Origin: Rhynchopus sp. YZ270_cl-10
Taxonomy: Eukaryota
Direction of reading: 5' to 3'
NCBI GenBank assembly: GCA_964035575.1
Contig: OZ037837.1
Span: 186,001 to 250,000, forward strand
Length of the DNA: 64,000 bases
A program made the translations under genes and the position numbers. Of the stretch, positions 22,630-34,631 are shown piece after piece. Every line of letters begins with the position of its first letter. Within the stretch, counting starts at the first letter, position 1. The notes below the pieces were generated by a model, which searched no databases, had not been told where the DNA came from, and worked only from the letters and a program-made list of their open reading frames with translations.

Positions 22630-23595
22630 CTAAAGCCCCGTTTTACTGAACCTCTTCTTCCGAGAGGATGGCTTTGCCTTAGGGTCATCGGTGTCTTCAG
22701 TTTGCGTTGCATTGTGTTGCTTTGGTGTTGGTGTTGTGTCTGGGCACGGCTGTGATTGCAGTGTTGCCTGAGTTGCGCGGAGTGTACGGAGTTCAAGCAC
22801 TTTGGCACGGAGCAGATCTTGGAGGAAGTCTAGGCGCTCTTCGAGAACGTTCTTTTGGTCCAGCTGCGCGGACACGGTACGCTGGCATTGCGCAGCAGCC
22901 TCTTCCGCAGCGGCAAGCTGCTGCAGCAGTGCCGTCTGTGAGGGCTGCCCCGCCTCCCCGCGCTCGACCTCCGCATCCTGCATCCCTTTCTCAGCCTCGC
23001 GCTGCTCCTGCGCTACCATCGCGTCGTCGATGTACTCTCGACTCACCTCCAACGCCGTTTCCAACTCCTCACATCTGTGCTCCTTGCTTTGCATCCACTG
23101 CCTCATCTGAGTCACCTGCGCCTCCAAAGCTTCGACTCTCCGTTGTTTTACCTGAAGGGCTGCATTCAAATCGCGAAGTTCTGCCTGCAAGCAGGACACA
23201 CTGTCTTCACGGTGTGCCCGGTGTGCCGCACCACCGTCGACGTCTGCATCGCATAATTGTTGTTCGGTTAACCACAAAAAGGCTTCTTGGTCTGAGGAGG
23301 AAGCAGAAGCAATGGACCGCACCGTGCGGTCGTATTCGCGCATAACAAGTCCCCCGAGAGGGCCGTAGCTAGGCTGTGCCGCCAAAGCTCGTAGACATTC
23401 TCGAAGAACTTCAAGGACATTCATCCCTGCGGCGGCCTCTCGAAACCGCGCAACCTTGGTTGCGAGGGCGGCTGGCTTGCGTGTCGTGATGGAAGTGCTC
23501 ATCTGAGGTCGCTGCACAGAATCTCTAGGTGGCGACGGCAGAAGCTGTGAGAGCTGTGCACTGTGCATCCTTGGGTGTGCACCGGTACGATGCAT
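22630..23595 (-). CDS. Coiled-coil protein of unknown function (weak resemblance to TSNAXIP1 N-terminal type motif)
   Basis: GC-rich ORF, first ATG 23595; heptad-rich E/Q/A/L composition; SYGPLGGLVMREYD segment. Confidence 0.7.
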   Translation of the reverse strand: MHRTGAHPRMHSAQLSQLLPSPPRDSVQRPQMSTSITTRKPAALATKVARFREAAAGMNVLEVLRECLRALAAQPSYGPLGGLVMREYDRTVRSIASASSSDQEAFLWLTEQQLCDADVDGGAAHRAHREDSVSCLQAELRDLNAALQVKQRRVEALEAQVTQMRQWMQSKEHRCEELETALEVSREYIDDAMVAQEQREAEKGMQDAEVERGEAGQPSQTALLQQLAAAEEAAAQCQRTVSAQLDQKNVLEERLDFLQDLLRAKVLELRTLRATQATLQSQPCPDTTPTPKQHNATQTEDTDDPKAKPSSRKKRFSKTGL

Positions 23596-24757
23596 TTTGT
23601 CGGGTATCAAATTAGGTAATTCACCTCCGACTGACCCACGTACGACGTCAGCCCCGGAAGCACAAAGTACCCTGTGTAAACAAACCTATCTGTTAGCAAA
23701 GCGCTCCCCACTGTGTAATCAAAGAGTGTGGGGTGTTTTTATTTGTGCAAAGGGCGAAGGGGGAGTACGGGGCAACACTGCTTCGTAACGAGGTTGTGTT
23801 CAGTGCACAGCTGGACACATGGTCGCCCTTGGGTGTGTTGTGTTGACCTGTAGAAGGAATGTGGGGCAGATACGTTGCGGGGGTGAGGGGAGTCTTGAGG
23901 GTACTAAAGATATGGTCGTGGAGGGGGCTCAGGTGGGGATGTTGGATTATTGTGTCATCAGCGCTACGCTGGAAATACTTGCAGGTATAAAAAAAGATCA
24001 CCCAGTCCACTACTGGGGTACTACCAAAACCCGTGTTTGCTTGCGAAAGTGCTTAATGCCGTGTAAACCACAACAAGAAAGATGTCCGAGGAAAGCCTGA
24101 CACTTGGTCACCTCGAGAAGCATCAACGGAGGTACATGTGTGCACATGTATGCAGAATGAGAGCACAGCACCTCCTCGAAGAAAAGGGCCTCGGACCGTG
24201 ACCCAAAGGTATTAGAGGAGTGTGTTGCGCTTAGTAAGATCTTCTCCCCGCAAGGGGGCAACAGGCCCCTTGTTGGACCCCTTTTGTGCGTTCCCACTAC
24301 ATTCCCACTCCGTCTCTGACAACAGTTTTATAGTCCCCGCTGAAAACCACATTGTTTTTTCTTTCATTTTGCTCCCAACATTGTTTATTCGTTTACCTTT
24401 TTGTTATTTGGGAGACACGCCCCACGTGTCGGTTCTGTGGAAAAAAACAGCACGGAACCACCTGTGCTGTCCCTTTTCATCATGTATATCCATGGAAACT
24501 GTATCACAAGTGATACCGGGGAAAAAATGTTTGTAAACTGCGGAAGACGCACAACAAACTCGCAAACTAATAAAAAGGTTTTCTTCAGCAAAGTGTTTCC
24601 GTTTTGGTTGTCTCTTCACAGAAAAAAACCAAGAGAAAGGCATTTGTCCTAATAAAAGGAAGTGTGACCAGAGTGCTGTGTGGAAACATTACACGCTGGG
24701 CACAGTTCACAACTGCACACAAGAGAACGTGCCCTCAGAGAGCCAGGTGTGCGTAGC

Positions 24758-27370
24758 TCAGTGCATTACCACAACGTACGGTGCATAAGCCTTCTGCTCC
24801 ACATAGCCCATAAGCTCTTCGTAAGGTGTGCGTTGGTCCTGAGCGACGCTGTCCAGCAGAGAAGACGCCTTCTCAAAGTCTTGTTTGATGATGTGCTCGA
24901 AGACCTCGTTCCACAGTGCATCAGGGTTGCTTGCCTCCAGCTGGTACATCCACTCCTCGTTTTCGCTGCTGCACAGACCCTTCACAGCATACACAGGCTC
25001 TGCCTTCTCACTGTGCTTCTCGTACAGCACAGCACCTTCGCAACGCACCAGCACCTGTCCTTCCACTTCACGCGACAGGATACGGTCAATGACACCAGGC
25101 AGGTTGCGCTTCTTGTTCCAACGCTCAAGCACAACCACCCACGACATGCACTGCCCAAGAATTGATACCTTCTTCATCCCGTTGCAGCCCATGTTCCCGA
25201 CACGTGCTTCGCCTGTCGCGCACCCATACGAGATCTTGTGAACATCGCCAAGTGCTGCTGCTGCTTCATGTGCAGCCTTCACACAAGCAACACGGTGTGT
25301 GGCGCTGGGAGCAAAGGCGTTGAAGGTGGCAAGTATCTTGTCACCAGCAAACGTGTCGCACACACCTTTGTTGTGCTGCACTGCCACCAGGATCCTCTCA
25401 ATCACACCACCGTGTGCGGAGAGCACCTCTGCGTCCTTGTGCTTCTTGCAGAAGGCATGCCACGCCACGACGTTCATATGTGCCAGCGACACCTTCTTCT
25501 TCTTCATCCCTTCCACACGCAGCAGTGCCTTCTGTGTCTGCACCACCTCAGAGTTCTGCACCATCGAGGCTGTGCTGCCGGTAGGGGATGAGCCACCAGA
25601 AGCCACCGTTGTGTGGGAGTTCCGTGACTTCAATGATTCTTCCTCATCCTGACTCTCGTTGACCAGCACACTCTGCGGCATGTAGTTCCGGTACTCCACC
25701 AGGTTCGCCACCATGGTAACAAAGCTGCGCTGCATCATCCCCACTTCACTCAGCTGCGACACTGCACGGCCTGTGTCCACAGCCTCCAGGTCCATCACAG
25801 CCACACTTGCCATCTCACTCCCAAGCTTCAGCAGAGGTGACGTGATGTAGCGTGTAAACACAACAGCAATGGCAAGAAGTCCTATGACCGCAACAGCCGT
25901 CACAATCACCATCACAATCACCGCATCCTCCTTCTGTGCGTCTGCAGAGGACAGATCTGATGCCACCTTCGCACGGATTGCATTCGTCGACGCATCAATC
26001 GTATCCATCACAGACGCCCTCGGCACAAGAAGGTTCGCGTACCACGCAATCGTTCTGTGTTCAATTGTCGACGTGATTGTCCAGAACTCCGTGCCGTTCG
26101 AGTCAGACCACTTCAGGAAGGAGTCCTCTGTCTTCTCCACAAGGTCTCCGTAGTTCCGCGGGTATGTGAACGCATACCGTCCGTGCTCTGCAATCACTGA
26201 GGGGATGTGCGACGTCGCATCTTCCATCGAGTGGTTCGTTATGTTGAAGCTCTCTGCCAGGTAGGCCTCGACGCCGATGCCACTCATGCGCAGCACGAAC
26301 CTCAGCTGCCGTCCTCTGTTGTACGCGACAAGTGTGCCCACTGAGCCCGATGCACGCTCCCACTGCACCATGTACAGCGACGCGTCCCTCGGGAGCAGCT
26401 GTGCGCGCACTGCATTGATGATCCCTTCCGCAGTGAGGTAGGCATTGACAGAACCCACACGCTTGCCTTGCTTGGGGAACATCGTGTACATATCTGGGTG
26501 GGTGAAGGTGTACGTGAGCTCCCAGGACATGAAGTTCCACATCACCTGCAGCGTGTCGTAGACAAGCGTGTCCGCCGGGTACAGATCTGGCATGTGGTCT
26601 TCTACGTTGGCAATCGCCCTCCCACGGTTCTGCTCACTGCGCCCATCCAAGGGTTCAATAAAGTAAGTGGGGTACATGCACAGTCCACGTACTTCGCCTT
26701 TGTGGTAGTCAGGAAAGTCGGTGCACGGCTTGTTGGGGTATTTTATTTCGCCCAGGTCTCCGGCCTCCGTGAAGACAGCCCAGTCCGAAATACCTACTGC
26801 CATGGTTGCAGGGTCACGTTGCTCGTACACCAGGAGCACGGTGCTGCTGTTCGCAGGAGTATCAGCAACGCTGACACCCCTGAACGCAGTCCGCGAGCCC
26901 CATCCTGCGAACCCGTCACCCCTCTTCCAATAATGGGGGTGCACAGCGGACCACGGGTACGTTTCTACGCTTATCTCATCGATCCCAGCCATCTGCCCAG
27001 CGCGGAAAGCGGACATGACCGAAGGACGCAAATGTGAAACTGCAAAGGCAGGGCTCGTGGAGACGTTTGGGTGGTGTGTCTTCGCCAAGTTGGCGAGTGA
27101 GACGATCAGCTGCTCAGGAACCTTCAGATACTCCTTCACCGCCGTGTCCACGTTGCCAAGGACGGAGCGCAGGTAGCGTGTCGAGACCGTTTCGATGTCC
27201 GCCGTACCACTGTCGAGACACATCCCAAAGCCCTCGTCACCTGTGTCACGTGCCTTCTCCAGAAGGTCGCCCCATGTTGTCAACGTGAAGCCACCGATGA
27301 TCGCACCTGTCGAAAGAATCAGCACCACACACAGCAGTATTGTCAGCGACTGGATGCCACATGACACCAT
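24758..27370 (-). CDS. 2TM receptor with large (Cache-like) ectodomain, HAMP domain and degenerate class III cyclase domain
   Basis: 870 aa ORF; TM1 near N-terminus; TM2 AVIVMVIVTAVAVIGLLAIAVVF; HAMP ITSPLLKL...SEVGMMQRSFVTM; cyclase-like GVCDTFAGDKILATFN and YGCATGEARVGNMG. Confidence 0.88.
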   Translation of the reverse strand: MVSCGIQSLTILLCVVLILSTGAIIGGFTLTTWGDLLEKARDTGDEGFGMCLDSGTADIETVSTRYLRSVLGNVDTAVKEYLKVPEQLIVSLANLAKTHHPNVSTSPAFAVSHLRPSVMSAFRAGQMAGIDEISVETYPWSAVHPHYWKRGDGFAGWGSRTAFRGVSVADTPANSSTVLLVYEQRDPATMAVGISDWAVFTEAGDLGEIKYPNKPCTDFPDYHKGEVRGLCMYPTYFIEPLDGRSEQNRGRAIANVEDHMPDLYPADTLVYDTLQVMWNFMSWELTYTFTHPDMYTMFPKQGKRVGSVNAYLTAEGIINAVRAQLLPRDASLYMVQWERASGSVGTLVAYNRGRQLRFVLRMSGIGVEAYLAESFNITNHSMEDATSHIPSVIAEHGRYAFTYPRNYGDLVEKTEDSFLKWSDSNGTEFWTITSTIEHRTIAWYANLLVPRASVMDTIDASTNAIRAKVASDLSSADAQKEDAVIVMVIVTAVAVIGLLAIAVVFTRYITSPLLKLGSEMASVAVMDLEAVDTGRAVSQLSEVGMMQRSFVTMVANLVEYRNYMPQSVLVNESQDEEESLKSRNSHTTVASGGSSPTGSTASMVQNSEVVQTQKALLRVEGMKKKKVSLAHMNVVAWHAFCKKHKDAEVLSAHGGVIERILVAVQHNKGVCDTFAGDKILATFNAFAPSATHRVACVKAAHEAAAALGDVHKISYGCATGEARVGNMGCNGMKKVSILGQCMSWVVVLERWNKKRNLPGVIDRILSREVEGQVLVRCEGAVLYEKHSEKAEPVYAVKGLCSSENEEWMYQLEASNPDALWNEVFEHIIKQDFEKASSLLDSVAQDQRTPYEELMGYVEQKAYAPYVVVMH

Positions 27371-28588
27371 TGTTCAGAGGTGTACAGAAAGGGGAGAGAG
27401 GAAGAGAGTGTCTGTGTGAGCGAGTAGAAAAAACGTGCCCACTCGCCCAAAACTCGCCCATTTTTGGAGGCCATTATTGGGCGAAATATTATATATTGGT
27501 AGGTATTTTACCTCGGGAAAAGTGCACCAACGAAAATTTGAGGGAAATTTCGAGCTTTGAAAAGAAAAGATTTTCCGTTCCTTGACCAAGACCTCGAAAG
27601 TTTGCAATTTGACCTGTAGAAGGAATGTGGGCAGGGCTACGTTGCAGGGTGAAGGGGTACCTGGTGGGGGGTTCAAGGAGTCTTGAGGGTACTAAAAGAT
27701 ATGGTCGTGGAGGGGGCTCAGGTGGGGATGTTGGATTATTGTGTCAGCGCTACGCTGGAAATATATAATCTGATAGGTAAGTAAAAGGAAAAATGTTTTC
27801 CCGTCGATTGCTCAATTACACTGTTGGAGGGTGATTGGCGACCTGTATCTGAGGAACTATCTGTCCTTTAAGCTACGCTTGCAGGTATATAAAAAAACAT
27901 CACCCAGTCCACTACTGGGGGGGTCCTTCCAAAACCGTGTTTTTTTCTTGTTTGCGAAGTGCTTAATGCCGTCCCCTTGCGGGGGAATGAGCTCCACACA
28001 AAAATTTGAAAAATAATAAAACCTACATCCTCTTTTCTACAAAATTGAAACCATACCCTACTTTTCCTTTTTATGTTGTTCTCCCACCCCCGCAAACAAT
28101 AAAGCAATAAAAACAATAAAGGCAAAAGGGAGAGGTTGTGGTGAAACGCACACACCTCGACCTGTCGGTGAAATGTGGCTCTACTCCAACCCGCCCCGGA
28201 TTGGAAAAATGGAAAAAAGGATGGGAGTAGGGGTACCGTGTTCAATTTCCTTTTGGCATTGCATGTACTCATACAAATGATTTCATTGAACGCATTCCCT
28301 CCCTTTTTATGTTCGCTACATTACTGCGTGTGTTTTATTTTTTTTTGGCCCCGTTGTTCTGGGAGTATTAGTTGAATTGTTGTAGGGAAGCAAAGGGTAA
28401 TAAAAAAAGCAATAAAATAACGAGAGAGAGACAGTACTTAATTTCCGAATGACACACAACGTTCCCATAATTCGAACCGAAAAGGCCCGATCCTTACGGG
28501 GTGTATTATTTCCTAGAACACTGCGTTATTGTCTGTATACATAGATGGTAGTCGGCCCGAGTCGGGCCGACTTTTTTTTTTTTTTTTT

Positions 28589-29545
28589 GGGAAAACCTTT
28601 ATTCGGCTCACAAAAAGTAATTTTTCCATCATTCGGCTCACAAAAAAAAATTAATCCATCATTCTATCAAAGTTACTATAATTTTTCCTTCATTCGGCTC
28701 ACAAAAGTTAATTTTTCCACCATTCTATCAATATTTTGCCAATTTTTCCATCATTCTATCAAAGTTTATTTTTCACTTTTTCGAAGAAATTTTTACGTTT
28801 GGAAAAAAAAAAATTGAGCGGGATTTTTTGAGGAAAAACGGGGCATTTTTTTTGCATTTTTCGAAAAATTTATATTTCCAGGGTCACAAATTACACACTG
28901 TTTGCTAAATATGCAAAGACAAGTGGTCACTGGTGCCGAGTTTAACAGCTTGGATGACCTGAAGGAGACGGTAACGTGGCAGGCCCTCCTTCATCCTCCA
29001 CATTTTTCCTTCCGCGTCTCGAACCGCAGAAGCACCCGAATGACCCTTGTGTGCATGGAGGGTGTGTGCGGTGAATGACGGTGATGGTTGTCGCATCACC
29101 CAGCACGACCCTGAGCACACCTGCACCTCTGACGATGTCAACAGCCCTGTTGCCAGCACAGCAATCGTCGACGCTGTCGCCTCCCGACCTGCGATAACGT
29201 GAGAATTGTATCAAACTATGGTGCACATAGTGTGATTGCTGACATGCGTGACCTTCGCGCAACAGTCACCTACGGATTTTCCTCTCTCACAACCTATAAA
29301 AACGGGCAAAAAATCCCACCCAATTTTTTTTCGCAAAGGTAAAAATTTCTTCGAAAAGTGAAAAATAAACTTTGATAGAATGATGGAAAAATTGGCAAAA
29401 TATTGATAGAATGGTGGAAAAATTAACTTTTGTGAGCCGAATGAAGGAAAAATTATAGTAACTTTGATAGAATGATGGATTAATTTTTTTTTGTGAGCCG
29501 AATGATGGAAAAATTACTTTTTGTGAGCCGAATAAAGGTTTTCCC
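28589..29545. mobile_element. Long-TIR (~240 bp) foldback/MULE-like element inserted in a poly-T tract
   Basis: GGGAAAACCTTTATTCGGCTCACAA... matches the reverse complement ending at 29545; T-runs on both sides; GC-richer core with possible decayed SWIM-like text (CFCG, EGLPRYRLLQV). Confidence 0.8.
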
Positions 29546-29574
29546 TTTTTTTTTTTTTTTTTCAAAAGTCGGGC

Positions 29575-30368
29575 CAGGGTATAAGCTTGGATTTTGGATT
29601 TTTTCCAGAATTAGGTTTTTTGAATTTTTTTTTTTTGGTGGGGTTATAGCAGGGTATTATATAGCCCCCCTAGCCCCCACCAAAAAGGTGGTTTTGTGTG
29701 AGGCAGTCATTTTTTTCTGTGGGGGAAACGAAGCGAAAAATTTTCTCGGTATTTTGTGACCACGGCAAACCTACACCACCCCAACCCTGCGGAAAAGCCT
29801 CCCCTCCTCTGTGCAACCTTGGTAGCTTTCAGCCACTGGTGATCCGCAATCCGTAGTGGGTGTCAGCCTTATTGTCGGTAACCTCAATACATTTACAAGA
29901 AACTGTGGCCATGGCACCCAAAGGTTCCTGGCGAAGCCACGGTATGCAACATTTCTAAAATCGCGCTTTAAAATTGCACTATTTTACAGGCAAACAATGT
30001 CATGGGAAGGGTGTGAAAGCTTGCGCCGCAGGCGCACGGTACGCTACTTTATTCTTTTCGCCACATCTTTTTTCTCACTCATAGTTGGGTTCAAGCTCCG
30101 TCCGTCAAATGGAGCTCAACGAACCCTTTTTTGCGGAGCAAAAAAGGAAAAATGGCGCCGCAGGCAAAAAAATTTTAAGGTACAGCCTGGATGGTGCGGT
30201 CAGCAACCCAGTTCCCAAGGGTACTGCGTACTCCCGTGCTTCAACCACGGTTCTTTCCCCCATATTTCCCCCCCCCCCCGAAATCCAAATCTATATTTTT
30301 TTTTTTTCCCCGAAAAATTTCAGAATTAGGTTTTTGAACCTAATTCTGAGTACCAAGCTAATACCCTG
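29575..30368. mobile_element. hAT-type MITE
   Basis: TIR CAGGGTATAAGCTTGG / CCAAGCTAATACCCTG; 8-bp TSD AGTCGGGC (29567-29574, 30369-30376). Confidence 0.88.
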
Positions 30369-30377
30369 AGTCGGGCC

Positions 30378-30965
30378 CAGGGATTTATATACGATTTTTT
30401 TCCTTACCAAAAGTGCAAAAAAAGTGAGGTTGCTATTCCTGAGGGGGCTACAGGCACGGAGGGGCTTTTTTGAAGAAATGGACTTCAGATTGAAGTATCA
30501 TCATTGTACTAGCCCAGGGGGCTTCACTGGCTAGGGCTCCAGCAGGTTCCACATGCACTATGCCTGACTCCAGCACGCAAGGTAGCATTCACAGCACCTT
30601 TCACCCCTTCAGGAGGAGTGCACAAAAGGGCACCCGGATGCAATTTTTCACCCATATCAGGACTCATGACTCAATTTTTTTTTGCAAAGCAAAAAAAAAA
30701 AAATAATATAATATGGCGCCGCAGGCGAAAAAAAATTGGGGTACGGTGTAAAAATCTAGCCTTTTACACCACAGAGTCACTCAACGAACCCTTTTTTGCG
30801 GAGCAAAAAAGGAAAAATGGCGCCGCAGGCAAAAAAAAAATTGGGTACAGCCTGTATGGTACGGGATTTCATGGTGCGGTCAGCAACCCAGTTCCCCAAA
30901 AAATGCGAAAAACCTTTTTTCCAATGAGGTTCAGCCTCAGTTCTACTATGGTATATAAATCTCTG
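30378..30965. mobile_element. hAT-type MITE
   Basis: TIR CAGGGATTTATATAC / GTATATAAATCTCTG; 8-bp TSD GTCGGGCC (30370-30377, 30966-30973). Confidence 0.88.
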
Positions 30966-31683
30966 GTCGGGCCGACTCGGGCCGAGTCGAAAAAAATTTT
31001 TTTTTAAAAAAAAAAGTCGGCCCGAGTCGAAAAAAAACTCGGCCCGAGTCGGCCCCCCCCACAGTAAAATCTTTTCCAAAAAAAAAAACCAAAAAAAAAA
31101 CAAAACAAAACAAAAAAAAACCAAAAAAAAAAAACCCAAAAAAAATTCGACTCGGGCCGACTCGGGCCGACTTTTTTTTGAGTCGGGCCGACTTTTTTCG
31201 ACTCGGGCCGACTCGGGCCGACTCTGAAAAAAAAATTTTTGAAAAAAAAAATAACGAAAAGTGGTCGGCCCGAGTCGGCCCGACTCGGCCCGACTACCAT
31301 CTATGTGTATATTATCTATTCGCATTTTACGAATTTCCACATATAGAAGAAACGTATTGTCTGTGAGGTATATGAAGCTGATGTAGAGCGCAGACATGGG
31401 ATGGAGAGGGGGTCTGTCCGTATGGAGGTGAAAGAGGGGACAAAAGCAAACAACATCATTATCAAATCATTGCGACAGACACTTTTTGTGCCATGTCATT
31501 TTAAAAATGCTCGAGAGACTCGTTACTCTTTGCTTGTTGCTCAAAAGGATAAAAACGGGAAGAGGAAAAATTTAGGTTGTTTGTTGTTCGCTTCCACGAA
31601 AACAAGCGGGGAGGTGGATACGCCGAACGCGCGACTTTTCACGAGGGTCTCGAGCATTTTGTCAAATACTACGTGGTTACTGA

Positions 31684-31850
31684 AAAAAAAACCAAGAGAA
31701 AGGCATTTGCCCTAATAAAAGGAAGTGTGCCCAGAGTGCTGTGTGGAAACACTACACGCTGGGCACAGTTCACAACTGCACACAAGAGAACGTGCCCTCA
31801 GAGAGCCAGGTGTGCGTAGCTCAGTGCATGTCTCCAACGGGAGACTCGTG
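31684..31850 (-). pseudogene. Orphan 3' end + 3' UTR of a HAMP/pseudo-cyclase receptor gene
   Basis: Near-identical to 24622-24770, including the stop context (..DMH*, TCA at 31821-31823). Confidence 0.7.
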
Positions 31851-33040
31851 ACTGTTTGTGTGTACGCTCAAAAGACAAACGAACGGGTAGAGCAAAGAGG
31901 GAGAACAAAGTTGCTTGTTCGCTTACACGATACGGTAATTTGAAAATATATCCGTTTCGCTTGTTCGCTTGATCAGATCTCGACCGTTTGTTGCATTGCA
32001 CGCTTCCGTTCGGTGTTCAATTTTACTTTTAGCATTGCATGTACAGGCTGTATCCTAAGTCGGGAAAAAACCACCATTTTCGGACCCGTCGTGTCCCAGA
32101 ATTTTTTTTCCCAAAAAAAAAAAAAAAAAAAAGACAAAAAAAAACCAGGGAAGTTCCTAAGTGGGACCGAGAACATGAAATTCTGGATTTTAGTTTTTTT
32201 TTCCTTTTTTTTTTTCCTTTTTTTCCTTGGGGGGCTTTCTTGTGGTTTCTAGTGGGTTTCACTGTAGGTGACACACCACCAGTGTGGTGAAATGGTCGAA
32301 ACTCTCAAAAGCAAGAGTTTTCAGGGGGCAAGAAAAAAAAATTGACAACAAAATCCTGCACCGTCAGGGCTGTACCCCCAATTTTTTTTTGCCTGCGGCG
32401 CCATTTTTCATTTTTTGCTCTACAAAAATGGGTTCGTTGGAAGCTAGATTTTTACACTGTACTCAAAATTTTTTGCCTGCGGCGCCATTTATATTATTTT
32501 TTGCTCCGCAAAAAGAGAAGTGCAACGCCTCACCGTTCATCGGCGGAAGCACTGGTTCCACGGGTTATCGAACCCCAGAGAGCACTTCATTGGCATGCAC
32601 GCGGTTACCGCGAGGGAGCGTGTATACAGGTACAAAATCACTTCCCCATCCAAATAATATTCCCAACGTCTTTGGGGGTCCCCTTCCATTTTGCAGCCAA
32701 AAATGCAACTAGACCAAAGCTGCAAAAAGTTCCGCGCGAGTGTAGCGCGCCCGGGTTTGGGACCCCTTTTTGAATTTCGAAGGGCGGTTAAAGTGGGCCC
32801 AGAATCACAGTTCTGACACTCATTTAGCATTGTGAGCAACTCACTAGTGGTCGTAACCAAAATTTGTATCAATCAAGAACTTGTCCATTTTCTCGAAATG
32901 ACCCCACTACAGTGAGGGTAGAGCTCGGAAAGCCCGAAAAAGGGCAAAAAACCCCACCCAAAAAAAGGAAAAAAACGGGAACATAAATCCAGAATTTTGC
33001 TGTTTTTCCCGAGAACAAGGAACAACCCTGAAAAAAACCC

Positions 33041-33154
33041 ATTCCGAGCTTTCGGCCCCGCACGTTGGCGGGGCATCTCCGCTCATATGTGGCCCGGTAA
33101 ACTCATTCCGAGCTTTCGGCCCCGTACGTTGGCGGGGCATCTCCGCTCATATGT
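33041..33154. repeat. Two ~50-bp direct copies, period 64
   Basis: ATTCCGAGCTTTCGGCCCCG(C/T)ACGTTGGCGGGGCATCTCCGCTCATATGT twice. Confidence 0.9.
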
Positions 33155-33620
33155 ACAAAATTTTGGTGATTTAAATTTCCGCAAAATATGAACCCATACT
33201 CGTAAACAATAGTCATTTTCAGGCTGAGAACCATGAAATTGTGGTGTTTTGACTGGGAACAGGGAGCGCCGCAGGCGCACGGTACCCAACTTTTGCCTTT
33301 TTATTTTCCCTTTTCCCTGCCTTCTTTTGATTGCGCGAGCCGATTGCTCGGTGAGGTCGCATGCGTGTAAAAACACTCTAACGCACCCTTACTATGAAAT
33401 ATGAGATTCTCTGGTTTTAGTAAGGAAAAACGTACCGAGAAAAATCACCAAAATCTACGGTAGTCGGTAGTAATCCAGCGCGACCCCTGATAGGGAACTG
33501 CATTTTTTTTATGGCGCCGCAGGCGAAAAAAAATTAGAGTACGGTGTACGAATATAGCTATTGATACAAGTCACTCAACGAACCCTTTTTGCGGAGCAAA
33601 AAAAGGAAAAATGGCGCCGC

Positions 33621-34411
33621 CAGGGCGTTCGCCCCGGGGCGAAAAATATTTTTTTTCGTTAAAAAAATCTTTTCCTGAAAAAATGACATTTTATTTCGCC
33701 CCAGGGCTTCGCCCCACCGGGGCGAAACCCTGTATAAATAAATAAATAAATAAATAAAAAAGGGGGGTAAAAAAAAAAAAGAGAGAGAGATTTCTCCCCA
33801 CCACCCTGTCGACCAGCGGTTTGCGGAACAGTGGACACCCCTCTGCGACCCCCCCGGAGGGGGGGTCGCAGAGGGGTGTCCACTGTTCCGCAAACCCGCC
33901 TGCCGTGAGAGGAAGTTTCCCCAGCACTCCCGCTCGCTCCTCAATCCTGCAGTCTGCTGAAGGTGCCCCGTACCCCCTGTTATAGAAGGTGTCACTAGTC
34001 GTGTCAACTGTACCTTCAACGGCAGAGAGACGTTTTAGTTTATTGAAAATAAGCAAACTAAGGATGAAGTCTCATATGACAGATGCCTCTCTCTTGTACA
34101 TCTGTTTGATTAAACAACACAAAGAGACCCTCAGTGAGGGGGGATTGATGAAATTCTCCATCGTTTTGCTGGTTTTAGTATCAGGAAAGTTCAGCTGTAA
34201 TAGCACTTGTGCTGGGGAAGGGAACACGCGCAAATCGCAAATTTTTTCTGACCACTCAGTACCAGGGATTCACCCCCCACGAACTAGCTTCTCTCCGGCG
34301 GAAAAAAATTTTTGACCGGCTATTTTAAGCACTAGTAAAAAAGCAAAAATTTAAGGGTTTTTGGCATTTCGCCACGATCAGGAAAAAACGATGGCGATAG
34401 CGAACGCCCTG
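33621..34411 (+). mobile_element. Internally deleted hAT transposon retaining a dimerisation-domain fragment
   Basis: TIR CAGGGCGTTCGC / GCGAACGCCCTG; 8-bp TSD GGCGCCGC; internal STVPSTAERRFSLLK...MTD (hAT C-terminal ERxFS motif) at ~34000-34120. Confidence 0.88.
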
Positions 34412-34631
34412 GGCGCCGCAGGCAAAAAAAATTAAGGTACAGGATGCAACCCAGTTCCCAGGTGCATATCCTGGAAGGAAATTTATTGCCGGCCGATTTT
34501 TTTCTTTCTTTTGGCTAAAAAAATCGCCACGTACCACGAAAAAGAAAAAAAAAAAAAAGCGTGTCCCAGAACCCAGAAAAAAAAAAAAAAAGGTTGAAAA
34601 CGGGCCGAAAAAACGTGTCCCAGAATCCAGA

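Larger units (their letters stand above)
28540..31305. mobile_element. Non-autonomous TIR element (CATAGATGGTAGTCGG) with 6-bp TSD TGTATA, hosting nested insertions
   Basis: Inverted ends 28540.. and ..31305; TGTATA at 28534-28539 and 31306-31311; many subterminal GTCGGCCCGA/TCGGGCCGAC repeats. Confidence 0.85.
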
